Shown piece by piece: positions 12,592 through 24,900 of a stretch of 64,000 nt of DNA. This DNA is from Cyanophora paradoxa CCMP329. Its lineage: Eukaryota > Plantae > Glaucophyta. Position numbers and translations under genes: made by a program. Location: contig QPMI01000217.1 in the NCBI GenBank assembly GCA_004431415.1, positions 1 through 64,000 on the forward strand, read 5' to 3'. The stretch's first letter is position 1; the number at the start of each line of letters is the position of its first letter. A model generated the notes under the pieces. That model was not told where the DNA came from and did no database searches. It saw nothing but the letters and a program-made list of their open reading frames with translations.

Positions 12592-14764
12592 ATGCCGCTC
12601 CCTATAGCGGCGCCTTTCAACAGCACCAGTGGCCGCGCTCTGCCTTTCGAAAAGGCTCAGGATTCGCCGCTGGGAGGATACGAAGTGCGCGAGCCCTAGA
12701 ATCGCCAGCCCGCGCCGCGGCCCGCTGAGCCCGCACTGACTGACTCCGTGGCTTCCACGCAGGTACCTGGCGCGTTTGATCCAGGTAACGAAGCCCGCGC
12801 TCGCGCCATGCTCCTAGACTCGGAGGGCTGACGCGGCCGCACCCTTGATGCCGCAGTCCTCACGAAGGGATCGCGGGTGCAAAAGGGCGCTTTGAACGTG
12901 CGTCGCTCGGACATAGCTAAGCCACGCCGGGCTCGTCGCCCGCTAGCTTTCCGATGCACAGTCCGGCTGCTGCTCCCGCCAAAGTGATGCTGACCTCGGC
13001 GGCCATTCCGCAGCTCGTCTCATCTAAGCGGTTTGCTGACACGAAGAACGCGGCGCCCGGTCCCGGAGCGTGTAAGCGGGCCCCGCACACACTCACCCCG
13101 GCGCTGGCTAAGGGCGGTCGGCGCAGACACGCCGCCCTCCTGCTTCGATGCGAAGCCCAAGCGCGTGGCGAGGCCGCTGAGCGCCTCCAAGCCCGCCAGT
13201 GCGCAGCCGCCCTCCCGCCGGGCGCCCGCGCCTGGCGCGACGGGCGGCAGGCACGCGGCACCCGATGGGGAGCCGGACGCCGGCGGCGAAGAGCAGCCTC
13301 GGGCAGTCGGCCTCCGCGGTCTCCGTGGGCGGCGGCCACGCCCTCTCCCCGCGCGTCCCCCAGTCCGCCCGCTCCGGTGCCCCCTCCCGCCGGCCGGGCG
13401 CGCCGGGCGGGTGCGAGCGGGCGGGGGGCGCAGCGCGGTCGGTGGGGCTGAGCGAGTCGCCGCCGTCGTGCCGGCCGGTGTCGGCGCGGGGCTCGGCGAG
13501 CAGCGCCTGGGCCGCCCCGGCGCCCTCGACCGCGGCGCCTGGCTCTCCCGCGTCCTCCGCAGGCCCGCCCCGCCCGCCCGCCTGCCCGCTCGCCCTGACG
13601 CCCCGCGCAGCGAGGGATCGGTGACCCGCGCCCGCGCCGCGCCGCGCCGGGCCGGGCCGGGCCGGGCCGGGCCGGGCCGGGCTGACGGGGGCAGGGCCCG
13701 GCGTACTCGCCGCGGGTGGGGTTCGAGGCGCTCGCGCAGGGGCCGGGGAGCGGGCGCAAGTCCAAGTCCCCCCCGGGCTTCGGCACCGCCCAGCGCTTCG
13801 CCAAGGGTCCGCCCCGCCCCCGCCCCGCCTGCCCGCCCCGCCCGCCTGCCTCGCACGCGAGCGGGGGCGGGGCGGCAGACGAGACGCCGGCGCCGGGCCC
13901 CGGGGCGTACGCCGCGCGCCACTCCTACACCACCTCCCCCAGCGCCCTCGGTCCGACCCCACGCCCCTGCCCTTCCTGGGGCCCCGCGCCGGGACGGGGC
14001 CGACGGCGGGCAGGGCGGAGCCCGAGCGGGAAGTGGCGGGCGGACAACACGGGCCGGCGGGACACCTGGCTGCCCCAGAGTGCGCAAGCCGGGCGCGCGG
14101 GGAGCGCGGGGAGATGGGGCCGCGTGGCTGAGGGGGGCCCCCGGGGGGCGCAGCGCACGAGACGGCGCACGCGGATATGGCGGGGCACGGCCCGGCGGCC
14201 CTGGGCGGCTCCCCCTCCAAGGCCTCCCTGCACGTCCCCTTCGCCTCCACCGCCCCCCGCTTCTCCGACTCCGGTCCCCGCCCCGCCTGCCCCGCCCCGC
14301 CTGCCCCGCCCGCCCTCGCTGACGCCGGCCGCCCCCGCGCACAGCCGCGTCCAACGTGTCGCCGGGCGTGCGCAGCGCAGCCCCGCCCCCGCGCCCCGCC
14401 CTCGCCGGGCGCCGCCTGAGGCGGGCGGGGGCGCAGCCGGGGACGTACGCGTCGCACCTGCGCGGCAGCTTCGAGGCCCTCCACTCGCCCGGGCTCCGCC
14501 GCCGGCCGGCCCGCCCGCCGAGCTCGCCCTCTCCGCGACCGCGCCGCCTGGCTCCGGCCCCGTGCGCCCCGCCCCCGCCCCCGCCGCCCTCTGCGTGACC
14601 GCTGACGGGGCCGGGCAGTGGAGGGCGCCGGCCCCGGGGCGTACGACGTGGGGATGGCGGCGGGGAGCCCCTCGCGCTCCCGCAAGGAGGCCCTCGGCGG
14701 CTTCTCCCCGCGCTTCCCCGAGGCCCCCGAGCGCTCCCCCGGCCCCGCAGTCTACACCCCCTAG
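12592..14764 (+). CDS. SHIPPO-repeat (PGP-repeat) protein, ODF3/CIMAP1-like axonemal protein
   Basis: Spliced exons give repeated PGPGAY / PGTY / GPGAYDV / PGPAVY motifs interspersed with F-G/A-S/T-x-x-R-F motifs (FGTAQRF, FASTAPRF, FSPRF). Confidence 0.75.
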
Positions 14765-14872
14765 CCCCCCGCCCCGCCCCCGCCCCCGCCGCTCGAGCAC
14801 GAAACAAGAGACTGCGCAATGCCACTGCCTGCCTGCCTGCCTCTGTCTGCGTGCCCGCGAGCCTGCCTTGCC

Positions 14873-16763
14873 CTAGCTGGCCTGGAGGACGGCGGCGAAG
14901 AAGCCGTCGGGCCCGCCGCGCTCGGGGGCGACGCGGAGGAAGTCCCCCGCGGCGCTCAGCCGCCCCCCGGCCGCCTCCAGCGCCGCCTCGACCACCCGCT
15001 CTCCCTCCGCCGAGAGCACCGAGCAGACCGCGTACACCAGCCGGCCCCGGGCTGCCCCGGCCCCGCCCGCCCCGGCCTCGGCCCCCGCGCGCGCGGGGCG
15101 GGGGCGGGGGCGGGGCGGGGAGGGCGCACGCGGACGTAGGGGAGGGCGTCGGCGATGATCTGCTCCTGCTTGCGCGCCAGCTCCGCCACCCCCGCCGCCC
15201 CGATGCTCCACTTCTGCCCGCCCCCAGCCTCGACCCGGGGCGCGGGAGGGGCGCGGGAAGGGCGGGGCGGGGGCGGGCCATGTCGGGGTTGCGGCGGAGG
15301 GTGCCGGTGCCGGAGCAAGGGGCGTCCACCAGCACCCAGTCGCACTTGCGCCGCAGCGCCGCCAGCGCGGGGGACGGGCCCGCCGGCAGCACCTGCCGCC
15401 CCCGCGCGCCTTAAGATGGGAGCGGAGGGGGGCGGGGAGGGCGGGGCCGGGGGGCGGGGGTGCGGGCCTGGACGTTCTGGACGCCGGCGCGGCGCAGGCG
15501 CTTGCGGGCCTGCTGCAGGATCCCCTCCCGCACGTCGTGCACGTACCCCTGCCCCGGGACCCGCCCCCCCGCTCGAGCGGGGCGGTGGGGGGGCGGGGCG
15601 GTGCGGCGGGGGGCGCGGGGGCGGGCCTGGCCGGTGCCGCGCATGCCGGGGGCGATGGCGAGCATCTTGCCGGCGGCGCCGCCGCAGTAGTCGAGGACGG
15701 TTTCGCCGGGCCCGGCCTCCACCAACCCGGCGACGAGCTGGGAGCCCTCGTCCTGGAGCTCGAAGAGGCCCTCGCGGAACTCGGGGGTCCCGACGAGGTC
15801 CACGCCGGCCTCGAAGACGACCCCGTGCGGCGCCCGCCGCGTCGGCCGCGACCCCGGGAAGCGCCCCAGCAGCGACTCCCGCTTCACCCGCAGCGCGTTC
15901 GCCCGGATCGTCTGCGCCCCGCCCCGCCCCGCCCCTGTCACCCCGGGCGGGGCGGTGCGGGCGGCGCAGGGGGGCGGGCGCCTTGGGGGCCTGGGTGTTG
16001 AGGGCGAGGGCGAGGGCGCGGGCGCCGGGCTCGCCGTAGTCGTCGACGAGCATGGCGTAGAGCTCGCGGGGGAAGGAGACCTCCTGGTGGGGCCGCAGCC
16101 CCAGCGCCTCCAGCCGCGGCGAGCGCCCCTCCCGCAGCAGCTCCTCCACCGCCTCCCCGTGCCGCCGCCAAGCCCCCAGCCGCAGCTCCCACGTCGCCTG
16201 CCCGCCCCGCCCCGCCCCTTCAGGCCGGCGCGCGGGGCGGCGGCGCCCGGCGCGGGCCGGGGGCGGGGCGGCGGGCCTGGCGGCGGGAGTCCTCGCGCAG
16301 GATGACGGCGTCAAGGAGGCCCTTCCACCGCAGCAGCGCGTACGCCGTCTCCGCGAGCAGCCGCCGGTCCTTCGAGCCCAGCGCCCGGTTCGCCCGCGCG
16401 TAGCTGCCCCCCCGCTGCGCGTCACGCGGCGCCAACGACGCGCGCGGGGCGGACGGACTGCGACAGGGCGAGGTCGAAGGGCGGCCGCTGGTTCGCGTCC
16501 CACTCCGTGAGGACAGCGAGCAGGTGGCGCTCGACGAAGAGTTCGTTCGGGCCCGTCGAGGAGCGCCCCGGTCGCGTCGACGCGCAGCGAGCGCCTGCGG
16601 GCGCGAGGATCCCCGCGGCCGCGGCCCGCGGCGCGCCGCACGCGAGCAAGGCCGTCGGCCGAACCGTCGCGGCGATCGGCGCGCTCAGGGCCCGGCCGGC
16701 GAGGCCAAGCCTGAGCAGCGCCCCTCCGCGTGCGGAGGGCGGCGCCATACGCAGCGCCAGCAT
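14873..16763 (-). CDS. RsmB/NOL1/NOP2/Sun-family RNA m5C methyltransferase with a likely organellar presequence
   Basis: Motifs FELQDEGSQL, VLDYCGGAAGK, VHD, DWVLVDAPCSGTGTLRRNPD, GRLVYAVCS and DGFFAAVL. Arg/Ala/Leu-rich N-terminus. Confidence 0.85.
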
Positions 16764-17035
16764 CCTTGCTCGGGCTCCGCGGTCGCGCTACCAAGCTAAA
16801 GCTCCCCTCGCGCTCTGTAATTCACTCACCTCCCTATATATCGGTAATTCACTGCCCTCGCGCTCGGCGCGGACGTAGGCGGCTGGGGAGATCGTGTAGC
16901 CCCGCTGGTGTCTTGGCCCCTTGGCCCTTGGCGTACAGCAAATCGTCACGTGGTGCGAAAACCTAGCAAAGCCTCCGGCGCTACAGCAAGCACTCTCGAA
17001 CGCCGGATATTACGTAGCGCGCTGGCTGGATCGCG

Positions 17036-18069
17036 ATGAGCAGCAACTGCCACTCGTGCCCGCTTCACTGGATCGAAAAGCTCGGGTGCCCTAGCCACCT
17101 CGGCTATAGCTCTCCTCCCATCGCTGACACCGCGCCTTGTTCGTTCGTGTTCGTCGAATTAGCTTGAAACCGCACCCAGAGGTTCGTCGAGCGCTCCGCG
17201 CCCCCGAGCGTCGGGCATTTGCCTGATCGAGCTGCGCGTGCGTAGGGTGGGTTCTACAGAGAGGTAAATGGCTTGCTTGCCAGGAGCGCTCCCGCCCGTG
17301 CCGTCCCGATGTTGCTGCGTCATGCTGGCGGGCATTGGCGCGAGCTAACCGCACTCGCGGCGGCTGACGCGCGGCGGGCCGCAGCACTATAAGGCGAGCC
17401 TCAAGGTCTCGGCGAAGTTGGGCGGGAGCACAGAGGAGCGGACGGCGTGCACGAGCATCTACTACCTCCTCAACTCGAAACGTGGGCGCGCCCCGCCCCG
17501 CCCCGGGCCCCGGGCCGACGCGGCGGGCAGAGTTCTCGTGCTTCCACAAGATCAAGTCGGATGAGACGTGGCACCACTATGAGGGCGCCACCGCCGTGCG
17601 CCCCAGCCCGTCCCCACGCCCGCCCGTCCACCCGGCGCGGGCGCCGAGGCGGGGGCGCCGGCAGGTGGTCTACGTGATCGATCCCGAGAGCGGGCAGCTG
17701 AGCGCGCTGCGGCTTGGGCGGGGCGAGCACGACTCGCTCTGCGTGACCGTCCCCGCCGGCTGCTGGTTCGCCTGCCGGGTAGAGCAGCCGTACAGCTTCG
17801 CCCTCATGGGCTGCACCGTCGCCCCCGGGTCCGCCCCGCCCCGCCCCGCCCCTCCAATTGTCCGGAGCCGCTGAAGGGCGGGGGCCGGGGCGGCAGGTTC
17901 GAGTTCAGCGACCTGACGATGGCCAAGCGGGCCGACCTCCTCGCCGCCTTCCCCCGCCACGCCGTCCGCCCCGCCCCCCCCCGCCCCGCCCCGGCACCGG
18001 CCTGGCGCCCCTCACCCGCGCTCGCTCGCGTACGCGCAGGTCATCATCACCGCGCTCACCCGCGCATAG
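17036..18069 (+). CDS. Cupin_5 (DUF985) family protein; 7 exons
   Basis: Spliced LKPHPE|GGFYRE, TSIYYLL, FHKIKSDETWHHYEG, VPAGCWFA and GCTVAPG|FEFSD, the classic DUF985 motifs. Confidence 0.9.
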
Positions 18070-18502
18070 TAGTGTCGACCCGCGCCGCCCGCCGCCCCCG
18101 CCCCGGGCCTCCCCGGCCCAGCCGCCCCCTTCCATGCAGTAGTTGCCGCTCTTCGCCTGGAATATAACGCTAGTACCGCGAGTGGAGCAGGGCTCTGTTT
18201 TGCTGCGACGGAGCTCCGGCGAGGCGGCTCGAGCGCAGGCGCGCCAGAACGTCACGGTCTAGAAAGCTGCGGGCGGCCGGCGCCCCGCCGAACCATGCAG
18301 GGGCGAAGGGCCGCGGGCGTCATGATCAGGGCATGCGCGTGTGCATCCTTCCAGCACTGCGCACACGATCTACTTAAAAAACAGGGCTCGAGGCGACGCG
18401 GTCTGCGTCTGTTGGGAAAAAGGGGCCGGCGAGGCGCGAGCGGGAGGGCTGGAGGGCGCCACGCGCGCTGCGGGCCGGCGGGCCGGCGGGGCAGCGGGGC
18501 GG

Positions 18503-20481
18503 CTACTTCTCGTGCAGCGCCTTCAGCTTGTCGAAGGCGGTGGAGAGCACCTGCGGAAGCCGGCGCCGCGCCGGGGCCTCAGCGAAGGCGCGGGGGCCGG
18601 GGCCGGGCCGGGGCGGGGCCGGGGCGGGGCGGGCCTTGAAGATCTCGGTGCCCTCGAGGAGGGCCTCGGTGTCGGACTGGTCGATCTTGTCGGGGTGGAT
18701 GTGGACGAGCAGCCGCTTGTACGTGCGCCGCACCTCGTCCCACCCCGCCTTGGGCGAGAGCGGCGGCAGCGAGGCCATCCCCCGCTTCTCCCGCCGCGCG
18801 CTGATGTCGTTCATCATCGCCACCAGGCTGCGCCCCGGCGTGAGCGGGTGCGCGCGGGGCGCCAGGGCGCGGCGCGGCGGGCCTGTTGCCCTTGCCCTTG
18901 GCCCAGCGCGCGACGCGCGCCACGATCGACTCCTGCAGCCTCGCCCGCTCCCGCTCCTGCCCGCCCCGCCCCTCAGAGCCCCGCCCGGGGCGGGCGGCGC
19001 GGTCGGGGCGGCTCGCCTCGGCGTCGCGCTTGGCCTGCTCGCGGCGCCGCTCGCGCTGCGCCTCCCGCACGTGCGCCTCCACCCGCTCCTCCTCCTCCCG
19101 CCGCCGCCGCTCCGCTCTGCCGCCCCCCGCACCCGTCGCCCCGGGCCCGCACGCCGGGCCGGGGCGGGCGGGGCCCCGCGCACCGCGCCGCTGCGCCTCG
19201 GCCTCGCCGCCGGCCTGCCCGCCGACTTGCGCGGCGTCTTGCGCGGCGTCCCCCGCGCCGTCGCCGGCCCCGCCGCCTGCTCCGTCCGTGTGTTCCGCTT
19301 GTTCTCCAGGATGAGCTGGATGCTGCACGGCCGCCTCGGGGGCGCGCGGGCGGGGCGGGCGGGCGGGGGGGCGGGTGCGCGGACAGGTCGTCGCGCTCGA
19401 TGGCGGCGGAGTAGTCGACGCGGCGGTGCTCGAGCACCGACTTCAGCTCCTTGATCGAGAGCCGCGTCAGGAAGCGCCGCGCCGGGCTCCCCGCCCCGTG
19501 CTCTGCCCCGGCCCGCCCCGTCGGCCCCCGCCCCGCCCCGCGCGGGGCCGGGCGGCTGCACCGGCCGTGAGGTTCGACATCATCTTCTGCAGCTCGTCAT
19601 TGCGCTTCTTCTTCCGCTCCTCGTACTCCTGCGCCCCGCCTCAGCGCCCGGCGCGGCCGCCCCGCAGCCCGGGCCCCGCGCGCCTGCCAGAAGCGCTCCT
19701 CCATGAGCTTCCGCTTCTTCCTCCGCTCCTCCTCCGTGTCCTCCTGCGCCTCCGCCGGTCCCGCCTGGGCCGCGCGCTTCCGCGGCGACTCCGCCGCCGC
19801 CTCCGCCACCCGCTGCGCGAAGCTGCCCCGCGCCGTCTCCGGCTTCCCTCCCGTCTCCGCCTTCCCCGCAGCCGCAGCCGCTCCCCCCGCCGCGTTCGAT
19901 GCTGCAGCCGCTGGCCGCGCGCGCGCCGCCGCCGCCGCCGCCGCTGCTGCTGCCGCCGCTACGAGCGGGTCCGGCGCGGGGCCGCGCGCCGTCTGCGACC
20001 CGCCGTGCCGCTCGGCGAAGCTGCTCCGGGTGGCGCGTACGTTCTCCTTTTCCGCGTGGTCCTGCTCGTCCGTCTTCTTCCGCTTCCGTCCCAGCGGGTC
20101 CGCCTCCGTCGGGTCGTGCGCGGGTGGGTGCGGGGGCTTCGCGGGCGCAGGCGCAGGCGCAGGCTTAGCAGCCTCGCTCTCGCGTGCCGTGCGCGCGACG
20201 TTCGCTGCGACATTGCCGAATGGCTTCAACGTCTGGAAGTTGAAGGAACTCTGCCTCGCTGTGAGCGGGACTTCTTTGGAGGCCTCCGCCGGGCCTGCTC
20301 CGCCCGTCTCCTTGTACTGGCGCTGTCGCAAATGCGCCGTGGAGTTGACCGACATCGTGGCGGACTTCGGGGGCGGGGCCTTGGGCGCAATGTTCTCCGC
20401 GCCTGCTGCGGCCGCCGGCGCCACCGCGCGTGTTGCGGATCGCAGTGATGCACGCCTCGTCGCTACTGCCTCGCTCTCCAT
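18503..20481 (-). CDS. C-terminal J-domain (auxilin-like DnaJ) protein with a low-complexity/coiled-coil N-terminus
   Basis: RVARWAKGK...EVRRTYKRLLVHIHPDK...EIFK|VLSTAFDK: an HPD motif at the C-terminus preceded by a W-x-x-GK segment, as in auxilin-like proteins. Confidence 0.75.
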
Positions 20482-20630
20482 TCGCGTGGCTGGGCTGCTT
20501 TTCGAGTTCAAAGTTTTTGATGCCGTTCGCTTGGGGTACGACGTGCACGGGGCGGGGTACGGCAAGCACGAAGCCCGCCGAAGCCGCAACCGGCAGACCT
20601 TCGCCTGCACAACGCGCGGCGCGCTGAACG
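20482..20630. promoter_or_regulatory. Compact bidirectional promoter region (J-protein / UBA3)
   Basis: 149 bp between divergent ATGs, with lower GC than the gene bodies. Confidence 0.55.
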
Positions 20631-22685
20631 ATGGAGGTCGACAGCGAGGCCCCGGAGATCGAAGGACGCTGGGACGACGTCCTCAAGCTCATCACGCGCA
20701 CGGGCCCCCTTGCGAACGCCGGCTTTGAGCCCGGCAAGGAGGTCGGTCTGCGGCGGCGCGCCCCGACTGCACGCAGCCGCCTGACCGACCGCCGCGCGGC
20801 AGGTGTTCGAGTTCCTGCGGGAGAACTGCAAGATTCTGGTCATTGGCGCGGGCGGCCTGGGCTGCGAGCTGCTCAAGGACCTCGCGCTCTCCGGGTTCCG
20901 CGACATTCATGTCATCGACCTCGACACCATTGAGGCGCGCCCGCCGCCCGCCCCGCCGCCCCCGGCGCGTACGCTGACGCGCCGCCGCGCAGATCTCCAA
21001 CCTGAACCGGCAGTTCCTCTTCCGGTGCGCCGCCGCGCCGCGCCGCGCCGCCGGCCGCGCGGCGGCTGACCGGAGGGCGGCGGGGCGCAGGAAGAGCGAC
21101 GTGGGCCAGTCGAAGGCGGAGGTGGCGGCGCGCTTCGTGAACCAGCGCGTGCCCGGCGTCCGCGTGACCCCGTGCGCCCCGCCGGCCCCGCCCCGCCGGC
21201 CCCGCGCGCGCGCGGCGGCCCACGCCGGGGGGCAGGCACTTCGGGAAGATCCAGGACAAGGAGGAGGAATTCTACCGGCAGTTCAACCTGATCGTGCTGG
21301 GGCTGGACTCGATCGAGGCGCGGCGGTGGATCAACGCGCTCGTCTGCCGCCTCCTCGAGTACGACGACGAGGGCGGCCTCCGCCAGGAGACCATCGTCCC
21401 CCTCATCGACGGCGGCACCGAGGGCGCGCGCCCCCGCTCCACGCCCCCGCCCCCCGGCCCCCGCCTCTGCTCGCGCGGGGCGAGCGGCGAGCGGCGGGGG
21501 ATGGCGCAGGGTTCAAGGGCCACGCGCGCGTGATCATCCCGGGCGTGACGGCCTGCTTCGAGTGCACCCTCGACCTCTTCCCCCCGCAGGCGCCCCGTCC
21601 CCGCCCCCGCCACGCCCCGCCACGCCTCGCCGCGGGCAAGCGCCGAGGCTCCTCGGCAGACGACGTTCCCACTGTGCACGATCGCGGAGACGCCGCGCAG
21701 CGCCGCGCACTGCATCGAGTGGGCCCACCTCATCGCCTGGGACAAGGTCCGCGGCCGCCTGGCGCCAGGTGCTGCGCCGCGCCGCCTCACGGCCCCCCCG
21801 CGGGCAGGAGCGCCCCGGGGAGACCTTCGACGCGGACGACGCGGAGCACATGCAGTGGATGTTCGAGACGGCCGCCCGCCGCGCCGCCCAGTTCGACATC
21901 CGCGTCCGCCCCGCCCGCCCCGCCCCAGCCGGCCCGCACCGCGGCGCGAGCGAGCCAGCGAGCGGGGGCGGGGGCGGGCGGGGCGCAGGGGGTGACGTAC
22001 TCGCTGACGCTGGGGGTGGTGAAGAACATCGTCCCCGCCATCGCCTCCACCAACGCCGTCATCGCCGGCCCGCCCCGCCCCGGCCCGCCCCGCGCGCCGC
22101 CCCCGCGCCTCACTGGCGTCCTGCAGCGGCGTGCGCGAACGAGGCGCTCAAGCTCGCCTCCTCCTGCTCCCAGCCCATGAACAACTACACCATGCCCGCC
22201 CCGCCCCGCCCCGCCCCGCCCCGCTGAGAGCCGCCCGCCCCGCTGACCCCGGCCTCCCCGGCAGGTACGTGGGCGGCGAGGGGGTCTACACGCACACGTT
22301 CGAGGCGGAGCGGAGCGCGACGTGCCCCGTCTGCTCGACCCGGCCCATCCCCTTCCCCGTGGGGCCCCAGGAGACCCTCCAGGCCCTCCTCACCCGCCTC
22401 GAGGAGGACGCCCGCTTGTCCGCCCCGCCCCGCCCCGCCATCCCCGCCAGCCTCGCTCTACCCGCCCCGCCCCTCACGCCTCCGGGGCGCAGCCGCCTGC
22501 GGGAGGCGAGCGTGCGCGCGGGGGGCCGCTCGCTGTACATCCGGCGCCCGCCGGCGCTGGAGGAGGCGACGCGGCCCAACCTGGACAAGCGGCTGGGGGA
22601 GCTCTGCCCCGGGGGCGCCGAGCTCACCATCACCGACCCCTCCCTCCCCGTCTCCCTCACCCTCGCCCTCTCCTTCTCCGCCTAG
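20631..22685 (+). CDS. UBA3: NEDD8-activating enzyme E1 catalytic subunit; 12 exons
   Basis: [25 protein letters not shown]|[28 protein letters not shown]|[18 protein letters not shown] (catalytic Cys), [18 protein letters not shown] and a C-terminal E2-binding domain. Introns: 20742-20802, 20935-20992, 21025-21090, 21172-21235, 21424-21509, 21590-21659, 21747-21807, 21904-21988, 22068-22126, 22194-22264, 22418-22492. Confidence 0.95.
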
Positions 22686-23176
22686 CTATTTATAGCCCGC
22701 CCCGCCCCGCCCCGCCCCACCGCCCCGCCCCCTGCACTCTCCGCCCCTCCCCGCCCCCGGCCCGCCGCGTCCAGGCGCAGTGCTCGCGATAGCCGCGCGG
22801 CCCGCTTGTGCTTTCGACGTAGGCAGACTCGGGCATCGAATTCAAATTGGAAATCAATGCTCAGATGAGGTTCAAGCGTGAGTGACTGGCCTGTGAAACT
22901 ACTGAACTCAAGAAATTATCGCATGGGATGTAAATGCTGTGTTTATGCAGCTGCGGCTGCGGCTACTGTCGAATGTACATATGCATGTCCTGGCTGAATC
23001 GAAGCGCGGCGCCTACTGTCGATCTATTTGATCTAGAAAATTTGAATGCGAATTCGAAACTGCGGAGTGCGGAGTCACTGAGTTCTAAAGAGGGGAAAGC
23101 AGCTGCAGAGAATTCGAAGCGATGAAAGCGAATTCGAATGGTTTTCGAAGAGGGGAAATTTTCAGGTTCTAGCTAT

Positions 23177-24556
23177 TTAAGCGATCACCGCGCGGTTCGA
23201 TTTATCTTTAATTTCGCAAAGCCTTTGAAGCCTAAGGCCGGGGGAGCAAGGCGTCGGGGCCGAGCTCGTCGTCCGCGTCGAGGTGCGCCTCCGCGCCCTC
23301 CCCGGCCCCCGCCCCGCCCCCCGCCGGCGTCCCCGCCCCCGGCCGCGAGGCCGACGCCGGGCGCCCCCGCGAGACGCTCCCGCGCCGCCGCCCCGCCCGC
23401 GAGACGCTCCCCGCCCGCGAGCGCGGCCGCGCCGGCGCCGCGGGGTCCGCCGGAGATCTAGAGTCGCCCGCCGCGGGGCCGGGCTCGATGGCGGCGGGGG
23501 CAGCGCGAAGCCCGGGGCGGCGCCGCGCGGGGGCGCCAGGCTGGCCAGCGCGGGGGCGGGCGGCGCCGGCGTCCCAGCCCGCGAGGAGGGCCGCGGGGTG
23601 GCGAGGGGCAGCGGGGGGCAGAGGGGCGTGGGGCGGGCGGGGCTCCCCTCGCGATCGGACGCCGGGCGCGGCTCGCGATCGGGCTGCGGCTCGGGCTGCG
23701 CGGGGCGCGGGGAGCAGGAGGCGGATCCGGAGCTCGAGACGCCGGCGAGCTCGCGATCGCGACCGGGGCCGGCGGCGGGGGATCCGGGGGCGCGGAGGGA
23801 GCGGATGCCGCGGCTGATGGGGCCGCACAGCACGGCCCCGCCGCAGGCCGCCGCCGAGGCCATCGCGGCCTGGAGCGGCGAGAGGCGGTCCGGGGGCGAG
23901 CCGGGGCCGGAGGCGGAGGGCGAGGCGAGGGCGAGGCGGCCGCGGGCGCTGGAGGAGCCCGGGGGGGAATCGCCGGGGACGGGCGAGCGGGGGGCGCGCC
24001 CGTCGCGGACGACGCGCATCGAGTGCGCCCGCGGCCGCCCCGGGCCCTCCGGCTCCGGCCCCGCGGCCGCACGCAATTGCAAGCCAGACGACGCGTACGA
24101 GTCCGCCCCTGCACGCGCACGCCGGGTCGGATCAATTTGATCGCGACGGCTCGGAGAGGATATCTTATATCGAAATTAAATATTTTGAGCCTTGACTTTC
24201 GAAGACGCATGCGCACCGGTCTCAGAGTCGACGTCACGAGGGGAGCTGCTGCATGCGCAGTCGGGGGAGGCGAGGCCGGCGGGGAGCGATGCCGGGTGGA
24301 AGGCGCCGGCGGAGGGGGTCGGGGGCCGGCCGCCCCGGTCCATCGAAAGGAGGGAGCGCGTGGAGGGCCCCAGCCCCGCGAGGTTGAGGGACCGGAAGCC
24401 TAAGGACGGCGCGCGGCGGCCGCGGCCGCTGGCGTCGGCGGCGGCGGCGGCGGCGGCGGCGCTCCGCGCGGCCTCGTAGACCTCGAGCGGGCCGGGCGTC
24501 CCCTTCGCGTCGGCCGCCAGCGCCATGTGCCGTACGCGTTCGCCCGCCCGCGCCAT
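23177..24556 (-). CDS. Possible hypothetical Ser/Pro-rich protein
   Basis: Two minus-strand coding-like GC blocks separated by a short AT-richer intron-like stretch (~24110-24190). Splice phase not resolved; no domain. Confidence 0.3.
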
Positions 24557-24900
24557 CCCAACGAGCTCCGACCACCTGCCAGAGCCGGTGCAGCAACCGG
24601 CTCTGCTTTCGAATCCCAACTCCGCCGCCACGTGCATTTTCTCGGGCGCTGCAATCGCCCTGCTCGCTGCGTGAGCCCTGCCTTCTAGATCTGGTCGACG
24701 AAAAGCCTTGAAGAGCTGCCGCCAGTGCCCGCCACTTGCAGCTGTCGGCGCGCGCCGGTTCAAGGGCTTGCCCACGCGTACGGCGCGGGGAGCGCCCGCC
24801 CGCGGGCGAACGCGTCATCGGCTGCAGCGAGGAGCGCTCACCGCGGCCGTGGCACGAGTAATATAGTATAGCTGCTCGGAGGCGAGTCGGAGGCTCGGAG

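Noticed and set aside
96-24775. Numerous long Arg/Pro/Gly/Ala-rich overlapping and antisense ORFs
   Set aside because: These are expected from very high GC and read-through of stop-free introns. The real proteins emerge only after splicing.
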